A DNA stretch of 63,214 nucleotides, filler included, from Octopus bimaculoides (GCF_001194135.2; 5 parts of 5 records of this genome joined end to end with filler, not necessarily neighbours in it), one strand, 5' to 3'. Numbered from the whole stretch's first letter, positions 45,783 to 59,349 are shown. Numbers and translations are program-made. Notes: a model not told the origin generated them from the sequence alone.

Positions 45783-47153
45783 GTAAGTTTTGTTTTTTGA
45801 TTTTGTGTGTGCGCAAGTAGGTGTGTGTTTTAAGACTACATCAACAATGCTCCTTATTTTTTACTTCTAATTTATAGCAATTACATTTAGTAAAAATTTC
45901 GAAGTCTATATCTTGATAATACTAAAAGCTCTAGGGAAGTTTGTGTGTAACTGAAATATCTCAGAAATAGTAAAATTTATCTTAATTTTTTTACATATTT
46001 ATTTTCATACTTACCTTCAGCAGCGCATTACTAATTTTTGTGACAATTGGGCTTCTATTTAAACAATTAAACACAATTTTTGTTTATTACTTCTTGACAA
46101 AAAAGAATACATGGCTTCTGTGGCATCAACACACATACAGAACACACACACATATAATGAATGTCATGGCATGTCAATCAACACAAACACACATCTGCTA
46201 TCTGTAACATATACACACACATAGTCTTCGCGCTCTCTAAGAAAAAAAAACGTTAACTTTTTGATGTACACAATATTTTAATCATTTAGAAATATTTTTA
46301 ACTGAATATGATTTCATTATCTGGAGTTCATTCTTTAGGATATAAAGATTGCTATTCAGTATTAATAAGCTTTTGTCACTTATGCATGTGTGTGTGTGCG
46401 TGTGCAGATATGGCTGTGTCATTAAAAGCTCAATTCACAGCCATTTGTTTTCTAATTCAATGCCATTGCACAACACCTTGGACAACCGCCTTCAGCTATA
46501 GCTATAGCATCCGGCTGACCAATTCCTTGTGAGTGGAATTGATGGTATATGGAAGACATTACAACCAGTAGCTCTGCACTTTCTGGATGAAATATTTAAA
46601 AAATCTCTAAGTGACAAGGGCATCTGGCTGTATAAGGCTGCTTCAGATATGTTTGCTCTTACCCATGCTACCATAGAGAAACAGACATTAGACAAAGAAA
46701 CTCATATATATGTGGGTGTGTATTATTTAATAATACTTGTGGGCTTGTAAAAGGAATCTAGATCATTGGGCTTAGGTTACCCAAGCTTGAAGAGTTAGGT
46801 TTCTTTTACAAGCCCATAAATCTTTAAATCACATGGAGCCAAATCAAATTTTTGCTAAATAATGAACATAACTCCTGCCAAATGTGTTGAGTGCCACTTT
46901 CTTTTATGTGTGTGTGTGAGTGAGTGAATAAGTATTACATTTGAGAGAGTATTCGGAATGCTAAAAAAATTAGTCATAATCACTCAAAATAGCTGAAAGT
47001 ATTTATTAGTTCTTAGAAAATAGTGTAATGAGACTTGTGTAGCATTACACTAAAGCAACTATATTGAAGTATAAACTTCTGACAATATTGTCAATAGTCA
47101 TGCATTGTAATTTCATATTCATTATATAGAATAACATGCTAAATTTATCAGCA

Positions 47154-47186
<33 letters not shown>

Positions 47187-47704
47187 GACTATTGCATAAC
47201 ATACAAAATGACTCACTACATAACCTCAACCTCCACAATGACTCATTACATAACCTCCACGTAATAAAACAACGGCTAACTAGTCCAACAATATTGCTTT
47301 TTCTTGTATTTGTTGCTCCATTCTCCACATAAATATATATATATATTATCATCATTTAATGTCCACTTTCCATGCTGGTATAGATTAGGTGGTTTAGCTG
47401 GAGCTGATGAGCCAGGGAGTTGCACCAGGTTCCAGTCTGATTTGGCATGGTTGCCCTTCCTAACGCTAACCACTCCGGGAGTGTAATGAGTGCTTTTACA
47501 TGCCACCGGTACAGATGCTGTTTGCATGACACCATGATCAACCATGACTACAATGTATATATATATATATATGTGTATATAAGTACATAAATATATATGT
47601 GTATGTATGTATGTATATATATATATATATATNNNNNNNNNNGATAGATAGATACATACATACATACATACATACATACATACATACATACATACATACA
47701 TACA

Positions 47705-47738
<34 letters not shown>

Positions 47739-47789
47739 CGTACATATATATATATAGATAGATAGATATACGCACGCACATACAAACAT

Positions 47790-48760
47790 ATATAAAATGG
47801 AACAAAAATGCAATAGAAAACAATGAAAGATTCGGCCAGATAGATGATGCAAAGGCAGACAGGAGAAACAACAATTAGGACAGACAAAACAAAGATGGGT
47901 CATTCGTGCCCTTCTTTCCTCAGTCAAGTATACCAGAAGTCCTAATTGTTTCAGGCAGTTACACTTGAGACAGTTCTATCTGGTTGCCCCTCAAAAAGTC
48001 TAAGAGCATTAGACTTTTTTGTAAGAAAGCTAGCGAATGTGTACGGCAACAAAGACAAAATACGGAGAACATGGTACACAATTACAAATACAAACAGCAA
48101 GAATATAACAGGTGTCTTTTGACTGAGAATGAATCGAATTGAGCTGGCGTGTATGAAGTGAAAGCCTAAAAGCAGGAACATAGGAGATAGACATAAGAGG
48201 TGCTGGCAGTCAGCAGTCAGCAGTCAGGCCAAGAAAGAAAGATCATGGCTGGCCAGACACCGGTCACATGGAAGGAGGAGAGCGGGGTAGGGGCAGTGGG
48301 ATTGAAAGATTAGAAAAAATCAGAGACAAAGGGAAAGGTGCAGGAGAGATAGATGGGGGGGGTTTAAACGTTATATATATATATATATATATGATTAGAA
48401 AAACGATCTCTGTCGATCATCATAAGGNNNNNNNNNNATTGAAAGATTAGAAAAAATCAGAGACAAAGGGAAAGGTGCAGGAGAGATAGATGGGGGGGGG
48501 GGTTTAAAGAAAGAGAGGTCCAAGAAATGTGAGAAAGAGATGGGGTGCAAGAAAAAGAAAAGAGGAAGAGAGTCTGACAGGGACTAAAAGATAGAGTAAG
48601 AGTCTTACAAAATTTAGAGACATACCCACTATAAGGTGAGCACAAGTGTGTGCATATACCGCTGTATGTATATATAAATATAAAAAATGGAACAAAAATG
48701 CAATAGAGAACACTAAAACATTCGGACAGATAAATGATACAAAGGCTAGTAACTTTATCT
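47790..48760 (-). mobile_element. Possible Penelope-like remnant bounded by ~80-bp diverged direct repeats
   Basis: aaaatggaacaaaaatgcaatag...attcgg(c/a)cagata(g/a)atgat(g/a)caaaggc occurs at ~47795-47860 and ~48685-48748. No recognisable intact ORF. Confidence 0.35.
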
Positions 48761-49077
48761 CCCTGTGTGTGTGTGTGCATGCATATATATATATATATAT
48801 ATATATACTCTTTTACTTGTTTCAGTCTTTTGATTGTGGCCATGCTGGAGCACCGCCTTTAGTTCAGCAACTTGACCCCAGGACTTATTCTTTGGAAGCC
48901 TAGTACTTATTCTAATGGTCTCTTTTGCCGAACCGCTAAGTTACGGGGACGTAAACACACCAGCATCGGTTGTCAAGCAATGTTGGGGGGGGGGGGCAAA
49001 CACATACATACATACATATATATATATATATATNNNNNNNNNNNNNNNNNNNNNNNNNNNNNNNNNNNNNNNNNNNN

Positions 49078-49089
49078 TTAATTAATTAA
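49078..49089. other. Assembly spacer TTAATTAATTAA inside a 100-bp gap
   Basis: 44 N + 12 bp + 44 N. Confidence 0.92.
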
Positions 49090-50349
49090 NNNNNNNNNNN
49101 NNNNNNNNNNNNNNNNNNNNNNNNNNNNNNNNNTAATAATCGTTTCTACTAGGCGCGTGACTTTGTGGTTAGAGTATTCGGCTCACGTTCGTAAGGTCGT
49201 GAGTTCAATACCCGGCGATGCGTTGTGTCCTTGAGCAAGATGCTTTATTTCACGTTTCTCCTGTCCATTCAGCTGGCAAAAATGAGTTGTACCTGTAATT
49301 CAGAGAGTCAGCCTTGTCATTCTGTGCCGCACTGAATCTCTCTGAGAACTACGTTAAGAGTACACGTGTCTGTGGAGTGTTCAGCCACTTGCACGTTAAT
49401 TCCACGAGCAGACTGTTCTGTTGCTCAGATCAAATGGAACCCTCGTCGTCGGAAGTGACGGAGTGCCAGTTCTCGTACTTATTTCATCGACCCCAAAAGG
49501 TTGAAAGCAAAATTAACATCGGTAGAATTTGAACTCAAAACGTAAAGACGAAGAAAATGTAGCTAAGCATTTCACCTGGCGTGCTAACGATTCTGCCAGC
49601 TCGCCGCTTTAAATTTCTTTGAGTAATAATCATTTCTTCTATAGGCACAAGGCCTGAAATTTGGAAGACGGGGATAGTCGATTACATCGACCCCAGTGTT
49701 TCAATAGTACTTAATTTATCGACCCCGAAATGATGAAAGGCAAAGTCGACCTCGACGGAATTTGAACCCAGAACGTAGCGGCAGTCGAAATACTGTCACG
49801 CATTTCGCCCGGCGTGCTAACGATTCTGCCAGCTCTCCCACTTCTTTTTCTTTTAGTAATAATGATAAATGAAATGTGTCTCCCGTGAAGAGGGTAGCAT
49901 AAAATGTCAACTTGTTAGCTGACAGGAATAAATCGTTGTTCCCCTCCTATCGACAGCCCAGAGTAGCGTTAGAAGAGAAGGGGTGAGTTTTTTTCTTCTT
50001 AGCTTCTTATCAGTGCTAGAACAGAACGAACAACGAAGGGCGTATACAGAAGGTCGAATCTATGCCCCAGTCATGATAGGCTTGATTTTTAACAACAAAA
50101 ACTACAAGAACAACGATAACAATATTAAAATCATGAATAGATAAACGATGTGTTTTATCAATGCTTCTTTTCGCCACAGCTGGTTAACAAGAATAACCTG
50201 TCACTTTAACTAACGGGTGTAGAAACTGGGGCTGTCAACCCTTACTTAATCTCCGTACAAAACTTTTTTTTACTTTGCTCGTCGGGGTAGATTTCTTCAA
50301 GAATTTTGTCAGTTTGGTAGGGCTTTGTCGATTTTTCTTTCCCTTCTAG

Positions 50350-50558
50350 TTTCTTCTGCGATCACCGGCGAACAACTGCTATCTCGTGTTACAACCCCGT
50401 TTGATATGAGTTCACTATCAACTGATAAAAATGGAAAAGTGCGAAACCTATCAGAAGAACCATTCTTGGCTTTCGAGTTTAGTTATAGCGATATCCCTCA
50501 AACCCAACGTGATATCCTTAATCATGCTGATATCCCTAATTACAAGAGTTATCTTTAA
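50350..50558 (+). CDS. Candidate terminal coding exon of an unknown gene
   Basis: Strong acceptor gatttttctttcccttctag. Open frame xSSAITGEQLLSRVTTPFD...SDIPQTQRDILNHADIPNYKSYL*, with AATAAA at 50603-50608. No recognisable homology and no upstream partner exon found. Confidence 0.3.
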
Positions 50559-52034
50559 GCCATTCTGAGACCGCCGAATCCACCCGAAATTTATATGAGA
50601 AGAATAAAAGCTAGTACCAAAGACCTTTTACATGGCCTCCTACAATCCGATGTCAAGAGACGTTGGTGCGTTCAGTACATGCTTCTTACAGATGTAAATA
50701 TTTTAAATTTTAAAATGGCGATTGATATAATGTGACATTTGTGTTTCCCCACCTCAAAAAAAAAAAAATCTTGCTTTAATTATTTCACTCGTAGAACTGC
50801 GGTCATGCTGGGGCACCGCCATGAATGATTTAGTCGAATAAATCGACCTAAGCATTAGCTTGTTACATCAATTCGTTCATGCCCCACCCCCTACACAGAC
50901 GTTTATCATAATTCTTTTCGAATGCTGTCTTTTATCCTGTTTCACTCACCTGACTGTGGCTATGCTGGGGCACCGCCTTGAAGGGTTTTAGTCGAAGAGT
51001 CCCAGGGACTTAATCTTTTTAGGCCTGGTACTTATTCTATTGGTCTCTTTTGACGAACCGCTAAGTTACGGGGGCCGTAAGCACACCAACACCGGCTGTC
51101 AAGCGATGGCGGGGGACAAGTACACACACGCGCGCGCGCAATGAGAATCAAATTAGACAAATCAATTCACATAATAATTTCAAATTTTTTCCACAAGGGC
51201 AGCTTGGGGGAGGTGGGTATGAGTCGATTACACCGACCCCAGTGTTCAACTGGTACTTATTTTATCGACTTCGAAAGGATGAAAGGCAAAGTGGACCTCA
51301 GCGGAATTTGAACTCAGAGCGTAGCGACGGGCGAAATACTGCTAAGCATTTTGTTCATTGTGCTAATGATTCTGCCAGCTCGTCACTAATAATGGTTTCC
51401 AATTTTGATATAGAGCAGAATTTNNNNNNNNNNNNNNNNNNNNNNNNNNNNNNNNNNNNNNNNNNNNNNNNNNNNNNNNNNNNNNNNNNNNNNNNNNNNN
51501 NNNNNNNNNNNNNNNNNNNNNNNNNNNNNNNNNNNNNNNNNNNNNNNNNNNNNNNNNNNNNNNNNNNNNNNNNNNNNNNNNNNNNNNNNNNNNNNNNNNN
51601 NNNNNNNNNNNNNNNNNNNNNNNNNNNNNNNNNNNNNNNNNNNNNNNNNNNNNNNNNNNNNNNNNNNNNNNNNNNNNNNNNNNNNNNNNNNNNNNNNNNN
51701 NNNNNNNNNNNNNNNNNNNNNNNNNNNNNNNNNNNNNNNNNNNNNNNNNNNNNNNNNNNNNNNNNNNNNNNNNNNNNNNNNNNNNNNNNNNNNNNNNNNN
51801 NNNNNNNNNNNNNNNNNNNNNNNNNNNNNNNNNNNNNNNNNNNNNNNNNNNNNNNNNNNNNNNNNNNNNNNNNNNNNNNNNNNNNNNNNNNNNNNNNNNN
51901 NNNNNNNNNNNNNNNNNNNNNNNNNNNNNNNNNNNNNNNNNNNNNNNNNNNNNNNNNNNNNNNNNNNNNNNNNNNNNNNNNNNNNNNNNNNNNNNNNNNN
52001 NNNNNNNNNNNNNNNNNNNNNNNNNNNNNNNNNN

Positions 52035-52068
<34 letters not shown>

Positions 52069-52110
52069 ACATAACATATATACATGAATATGTGTGTCTT
52101 TATGTATATA

Positions 52111-52146
<36 letters not shown>

Positions 52147-53943
52147 ACATATATATATGTTCGTATGTTGTATGAGTAGCCGTTGATAGTAAGTAAAGAG
52201 AGGCAAGATGGCTCTCCAGCTGACTTGATACGGCATGTGCTTCTAAACTATAAACCATGTTCTTTTAAACGACAAGAGCAGACGCAAGTGTGCAAGTCAG
52301 AGCTCTATACACAAAGGGGAAAGAGCGGGCAAGCGGACAAGAGAGAGTGGGAGAGAGAGAATGAGAGAAATTTTTGTGTACATGACATGCATTATGCTCA
52401 CACATACACACACATGCATGCACAGAAACAGATACATGCCGATACACACATACATGCTTACACACAGGCATGCACACACATTTATATATGCTAGGTAGAT
52501 CAATGTAGTTTCGTTCGAATTTATGTAGATTATAAATATCTACAAACTACAATTCTCTCAATGGACAGGAGAGAAAAGAACACGATCTCTGATCAAGTAT
52601 TGATGAAGACCGAAACTTGTCAGATTGAACTTCTTTTTATTTTGTTCTGGTCACAGAGAAAAAACTTCTGTGGTTTAACTCAGTTTTTATCTGCCCGTTT
52701 TATAACTTGGAATATTGATGACAGAGCCACTCCGTTCTCAATATCGATGCTTAACTGTAAACTCAGTTTATCTGAAAAGCATCAAATACTGAAACAGTCC
52801 ACAATACCTTCAGTATAACAAAAAACAAAACAGAAAACAGGTATTATCTATATGTTGTCGCTGGCAGACATTTATTCTTAAGAATTTCCAGCTGGTTAAA
52901 CATCCTAGTTTTATACAAATTGAGGATATTCGAAAATTTCAAATTAGATTCTTGACTACGAGCCATTTTTGACACTAGGCCTGTAATGACCCATAAGAAT
53001 CGAGACCGTATTAGTGACTTATAAAGAGCAACTATATCAAGGGATATACGGATGATAAAGCATCAGAGAGATCACAGATGTTTGCGTGAGGCTTTGATAG
53101 AAATACACACAAGTGTATGCTTTTCCTTTGAGTTTTATTGAAGTTTTTCTTGAGAGCATTCAAGCCAGTCGCTAACAAGGTGACAAGACTTTTAGAGCTA
53201 AGAGAATTCCCTGTGCTTGTAAATATGTGGTTGCGTTGGTGTGTTGGTTGAACTGTCGATGCATACAGCCAAGTGTGTGCGTCTATTACTCGCATAAGAA
53301 TCTCAGATGGAGAATCTTAGAATGTCTTACAAATCCCCACTGTGCCACTAAAAGAGTGGATTTGGAGAATCTGCGTCAGTTTCTTTTGTTCTTTTTCCGT
53401 GAAACCGGGTATTTCTAGGTATTTGTGCAAATTTGTCGGTACATAAGCTAAAGCACCTATGATGAGCGGTAGAAATGAGAATTCATAGTCGTGGAACAAA
53501 AGCTGTAAGTTCCGCATTGTATGTATGTGTGTATGCAGGGCTGGATTAAGACCCACAGAGGCCCTAAGTACTTAAAAGATTTTAGTGCTCCATATATATA
53601 TGTAATTCAAAATATAAACAATAATAAACCATAGAATAAATTTTATTCTTCAAAATTAAACAAAACTAACAGCAAGATGGAAAATAATATTTATTTTTGT
53701 ATACTTCCACTTTATTTATATTTGAAAAAAATTCTCTTTCTTTTTTTAATTGCAAAGTCATTGATCAGAATCCTCACTAAGGCATCATGAACACTTGAAA
53801 TTATATTTCCGATCATATAAACCACTTCGAATATTATTTTAGCAAATTTAAAGTGATTTCTTTTGTACCGTAAACCATTTACCATTTCTGTGATGCTCCA
53901 CTTCCCTTGATNNNNNNNNNNNNNNNNNNNNNNNNNNNNNNNN

Positions 53944-53974
<31 letters not shown>

Positions 53975-53991
53975 CACACACACACACACAC

Positions 53992-54195
53992 ACGAGGGGG
54001 TGTTCAAAAGTTCCCGGCTTTGGGTAAAAGAAAATACAGGAGGATCAGTCAATTATGATTTTACTCAGCATATTCAGGTTCACACATGTATCGCAACGGT
54101 CCTTCAGGCTTTCTAAGCCCTGTAAAAGAGCTGGGAAAGTTGGGACCTCTAGCCAGGCCTTTCGCGACACAGGAACTTTTCAATACACCCTCGTA
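53992..54195 (+). mobile_element. Single mariner-type MITE, CpG-intact copy
   Basis: acgagggggtgttcaaaagttcccggcttt...caggaacttttcaatacaccctcgTA; same family as 35755 and 37131. Confidence 0.85.
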
Positions 54196-54435
54196 TGTAC
54201 CCATATATACGCAAATACACACAGGATATTTGAACAGAGAGAGAGAGGAGGGAAGAGGGAAGAGGAACGTACACACATTCAGTGAATCAAATAACTTTGT
54301 TATTCAACGTGATGCACTTTTACTGGAGCGGAGAGTTTTTCATTAGAAACTTAATTGGATAGCAGGGGTGGGAAATAGGTTTGGGTGTGATACATACACA
54401 CACACATACATACATACATACATACATACATACAT

Positions 54436-54473
<38 letters not shown>

Positions 54474-55261
54474 GCACGCACGCACGCACTCACACGCGTA
54501 AGTCAATCCAGAAGCCAATACAATTATATGCACAATAAAATAAAAGCAGTAAAAAGTCTATATACATATATACACGCATGCAAACATATATACGAGTATG
54601 CACACACATACACACACGCTATTATTCTCGGTCAGGGGCCGAAGACTATGTGCTTGGAATATATTGCCAGATTAACATTCTGCGTTTTTATTATTGTTTA
54701 TATAATTGGATAATTGGAACAAGGTACGCCATCTCATGTTTGAAATGTTTTCCTATTAAATCTAACATACGTACGTACATATATGCATAGATATACATAT
54801 ACGTATATTTACATACATGCATATATNNNNNNNNNNNNNNNNNNNNNNNNNNNNNNNNNNNNNNNNNNNNNNNNNNNNNNNNNNNNNNNNNNNNNNNNNN
54901 NNNNNNNNNNNNNNNNNNNNNNNNNNNNNNNNNNNNNNNNNNNNNNNNNNNNNNNNNNNNNNNNNNNNNNNNNNNNNNNNNNNNNNNNNNNNNNNNNNNN
55001 NNNNNNNNNNNNNNNNNNNNNNNNNNNNNNNNNNNNNNNNNNNNNNNNNNNNNNNNNNNNNNNNNNNNNNNNNNNNNNNNNNNNNNNNNNNNNNNNNNNN
55101 NNNNNNNNNNNNNNNNNNNNNNNNNNNNNNNNNNNNNNNNNNNNNNNNNNNNNNNNNNNNNNNNNNNNNNNNNNNNNNNNNNNNNNNNNNNNNNNNNNNN
55201 NNNNNNNNNNNNNNNNNNNNNNNNNNNNNNNNNNNNNNNNNNNNNNNNNNNNNNNNNNATA

Positions 55262-55298
<37 letters not shown>

Positions 55299-57134
55299 GT
55301 ATATATATTCGTAACGGTTACTGACGTTTTCAGCTCCCAGTATACATACATACATACATGTATATATGTATACATACATATATATACATATGTACAAACA
55401 CAAAGGCACTCACACACACACGCACACACACATACATAAAAATTTATATTGTATATAGTATAAGTGTACATGTATATGTACACTTATGTGCATATGTATG
55501 TACATGCATACGCACATATATGTATTTATAATCTTATATAGATATAAATACACAATACGCCCGTACACGCACACATGCCCTCGCTCACACACACAGAGTG
55601 TGCAGGAGTTATTTGTGGATATAATTGGTAATCCTAGGCGCAAGAGTGGCTGTGTGGTAAGATGCTGGTGTGTTTGCGTCCCCGTAATATAGTGGTTCGG
55701 CATAAGAGACTGATAGAATAAGTACTAGGCTTACAAAGAATAAGTCCTGGGGTCGATTTCTTCGACTAAAGGCGGTGCTCCAGCATGGCCGCAATCAAAT
55801 GACTGAAACAAGTAAAAGAATAAGACCTTGTTTGTAAAAAGATTTGGGCCTGGATTTGCACCCCCTAAACAAATTTCGTTCCCGAACCAGTGGTTCCCTG
55901 TAGCTGAACGGAATCCGGCTCTTTAGGTCCGAGATTCAAATCTCGCAGAGGTAAACTTTGCTTTTAATCTTTTCGAGGTCGTTAAAANNNNNNNNNNNNN
56001 NNNNNNNNNNNNNNNNNNNNNNNNNNNNNNNNNNNNNNNNNNNNNNNNNNNNNNNNNNNNNNNNNNNNNNNNNNNNNNNNNNNNNNNNNNNNNNNNNNNN
56101 NNNNNNNNNNNNNNNNNNNNNNNNNNNNNNNNNNNNNNNNNNNNNNNNNNNNNNNNNNNNNNNNNNNNNNNNNNNNNNNNNNNNNNNNNNNNNNNNNNNN
56201 NNNNNNNNNNNNNNNNNNNNNNNNNNNNNNNNNNNNNNNNNNNNNNNNNNNNNNNNNNNNNNNNNNNNNNNNNNNNNNNNNNNNNNNNNNNNNNNNNNNN
56301 NNNNNNNNNNNNNNNNNNNNNNNNNNNNNNNNNNNNNNNNNNNNNNNNNNNNNNNNNNNNNNNNNNNNNNNNNNNNNNNNNNNNNNNNNNNNNNNNNNNN
56401 NNNNNNNNNNNNNNNNNNNNNNNNNNNNNNNNNNNNNNNNNNNNNNNNNNNNNNNNNNNNNNNNNNNNNNNNNNNNNNNNNNNNNNNNNNNNNNNNNNNN
56501 NNNNNNNNNNNNNNNNNNNNNNNNNNNNNNNNNNNNNNNNNNNNNNNNNNNNNNNNNNNNNNNNNNNNNNNNNNNNNNNNNNNNNNNNNNNNNNNNNNNN
56601 NNNNNNNNNNNNNNNNNNNNNNNNNNNNNNNNNNNNNNNNNNNNNNNNNNNNNNNNNNNNNNNNNNNNNNNNNNNNNNNNNNNNNNNNNNNNNNNNNNNN
56701 NNNNNNNNNNNNNNNNNNNNNNNNNNNNNNNNNNNNNNNNNNNNNNNNNNNNNNNNNNNNNNNNNNNNNGGGATGCCTCGACGTATTCGTTTCAGTTGTT
56801 TATGAGCTGAGTTCAAATTGCACCGAGGTGAAGTTTGCTTTTCACTTCTCAGGGTTTGATAACATAAGACAACAGCCGAGTTACTGTTGTAGGCTTAATG
56901 GTATCGAACTCGTCCTCCACGTCATCATCATCATCATCATGCCTTTTCCTCACACCTGATATATTTTGATCCACGATAATTAGACTAGATAATTAAATAA
57001 CTACTTTTCTTTTATATGATGGTGAATTATTATTCACAAAAACGTAAATAAAAGAACCACTATGTATGTGTGTATGTACGTATCTATGTATGTAAATTTG
57101 TGTGCATATATATGCATGTATATATATATATATA

Positions 57135-57316
57135 TACCAGAGTAGTTACATCAATGCGAAACAAGGAGGAAAATATAGTACTCGAATACGAGAGGTAGAG
57201 TAAAATCTTTTATTAAAAAGCAGCAAAAATATCACAAAAACTGCTACTCAGAGTTTCACATTCCCGCTCGTCGGACAGTTTTGCTTGTCCGACGAACGGG
57301 AATGTGAAACTCTGAG
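57135..57316 (-). mobile_element. Penelope-like pseudo-LTR remnant with an inverted partial copy
   Basis: 31-bp arms (57247-57277 and 57286-57316, one mismatch) around an 8-nt loop. Contains a hammerhead motif; the minus strand continues ...gatatttttgctgctttttAATAAAag. Confidence 0.6.
57237..57282 (-). ncRNA. Minimal type I hammerhead ribozyme motif (U4C core variant)
   Basis: Minus strand: AAAACTGT-CCGACGA-GCG GGAA TGT-GAAA-CTC T GAG-TA^GCAGTTTT. Stems I, II and III all pair; GUA cleavage triplet. Confidence 0.7.
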
Positions 57317-57665
57317 AGAGAGAGAGAGAGAGAGTTAAACTCGGCCAAGACAAGCGCACCTTTACTCAGTGTCCGTCCGCAAATAAGAGCTGACAGTTTT
57401 CCTTGCAACCACCATCCTCCTCCCACTAACACCCTTGCTCGTCCTTCATCATTGCCTTGTTTACAACAAGCAACATGGCGTTGTATTTATTTATATATCA
57501 TTAATACATACGCACATGTGTGTGAGTGCGTGTGTGTGAAATGTTCATATGTACACACACACCACTATACACATTAAATACATACATACATACATACATA
57601 TATACAATACACACATATATGTATATATACATACCCTCATATGTATGTGTATGCATGTGCATGTT

Positions 57666-57741
<76 letters not shown>

Positions 57742-58064
57742 CATCTAGAAGCCAATAATATATATAAAAGCTAATGTATATATGTATACATATGTATATG
57801 CATATATGTGTGTGTATATATATATAAATATATAAATATANNNNNNNNNNNNNNNNNNNNNNNNNNNNNNNNNNNNNNNNNNNNNNNNNNNNNNNNNNNN
57901 NNNNNNNNNNNNNNNNNNNNNNNNNNNNNNNNNNNNNNNNNNNNNNNNNNNNNNNNNNNNNNNNNNNNNNNNNNNNNNNNNNNNNNNNNNNNNNNNNNNN
58001 NNNNNNNNNNNNNNNNNNNNNNNNNNNNNNNNNNNNNNNNNNNNNNNNNNNNNNNNNNNNNNNN

Positions 58065-58098
<34 letters not shown>

Positions 58099-58369
58099 CC
58101 CATGTGTACATATATCTGTGTGTGTGTGATTTCGTGTGTCAGAAGCAATGAAGCCCGAAATGATAGATCAAAGCCAGCAAGGGGTAGAGTTCATTGCCCC
58201 ATCACCATCGGCAGTTCCCCACCCATCCCCAATCCCCAACCCCACCCTTCTACCGGAGGCATTTAAAACTGTTCTACATTGAAGCCGCTTCCTAAACGTC
58301 TAAACGACATAACGCTTGTCTTCGGGTCTCTCCCCAACTTCACCAAATCCGTGACGTCTTCCACGATTT

Positions 58370-58700
58370 TCCTGTTGTTGTTCTTTTTCTTTTTCTTTTT
58401 CTTCCTTTTTTCTTCTATTCCTACATCACCCCTCCTCCTCCTCCTTATTCCAGTCCTTGTCATTGTTGTTCTTGCTCTTTTCCTTTTTCCTTCTCCACCT
58501 TGTTCCCATCTTTTTTCCCCTCGTCCTCCTCCACGTCGTCGTACTCCTCCTCCTCCTCATCATCATCGTCGTCGTCACCGTCATGTTCTTCGTCATCTTT
58601 TTGATATTCTCCCCCCTCTTCTCGTCCACTTCCCCTTCCCCCTCCTCCGTTAGTCTGTCCTTTTATTTTCCTTCCTCCCCACCCACCCCCGTTGCCCTTA
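58370..58700. repeat. Polypyrimidine/low-complexity tract (TTC, TCC, CAT, CGT triplets)
   Basis: Direct reading; strongly strand-asymmetric. Confidence 0.85.
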
Positions 58701-58916
58701 ACTGTCTCACAATGTCGCCTGTCTGCTGTCAGCAACAATAACACATCGGTCCAGAATGGTTTTATCACTTCCAGTCTTCCATAATTTAGTGCTTACTATT
58801 ATCATGTCCTCTCTCCTCGCACTTATGAACAAAGTGGTCGCTCGACTGGCTAAAAATAGCAGCAAGTCTCCCTCAAATCAAGCTCTCATGTAGTGACTGT
58901 TTTACTGTATAGGTAC

Positions 58917-59349
58917 ACTGGGCACTTGCCCGGGGCCTCACGAATCTAGGGGCCAAATACTGATCTATGTATGCTGTGGCCTGCTGTCAATAAATACTAT
59001 AGAGCCCCATGCACTAATTGTGGAGGTGCGTGGTTCAGTGGTTAGGGTGTTGGACTCATGATCGTAGGATTGTGGTTTCAATTCCTGGACCGGGCGACGC
59101 GTTGTGCTCTTGAGCAAAACACTTCATTTCACGTTGCTCCAGTCAAATCAGCTGACAAGAATGAATAACCCTGTGATGGATCAGTGTCCTGTCCAGGTGG
59201 GGAACATATAAGCCATGGAAACCGGGAAGCCGACCCTTATGAGTCGAGAAGGAAAATTTAACACATGCGTACATATATGTATACATGTGTTATATATATA
59301 TATATATATTTGGCCCCTAAACTCGTGAAGCCCCAGACAAGTGCCCATT
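58917..59349. mobile_element. MITE-like element with ~43-bp inverted arms, interrupted by a tRNA-headed SINE (~59010-59250)
   Basis: actgggcacttgcccggggcctcacgaatctaggggccaaata versus (rc) aatgggcacttgtctggggcttcacgagtttaggggccaaata. Confidence 0.7.

Noticed and set aside
48301-48508. 68-bp exact direct repeat on both sides of a 10-N gap
   Set aside because: Typical unmerged contig overlap, so an assembly artefact.
49957-49982. 26-nt micro-exon candidate (cgacag acceptor, gtgagt donor)
   Set aside because: The frame needed to join candidate exon 50350 contains a stop, and it has no homology support.
52585-52625. ttgatgaagaccgaaac, hammerhead-like
   Set aside because: No stem II, and stems I and III cannot be formed.
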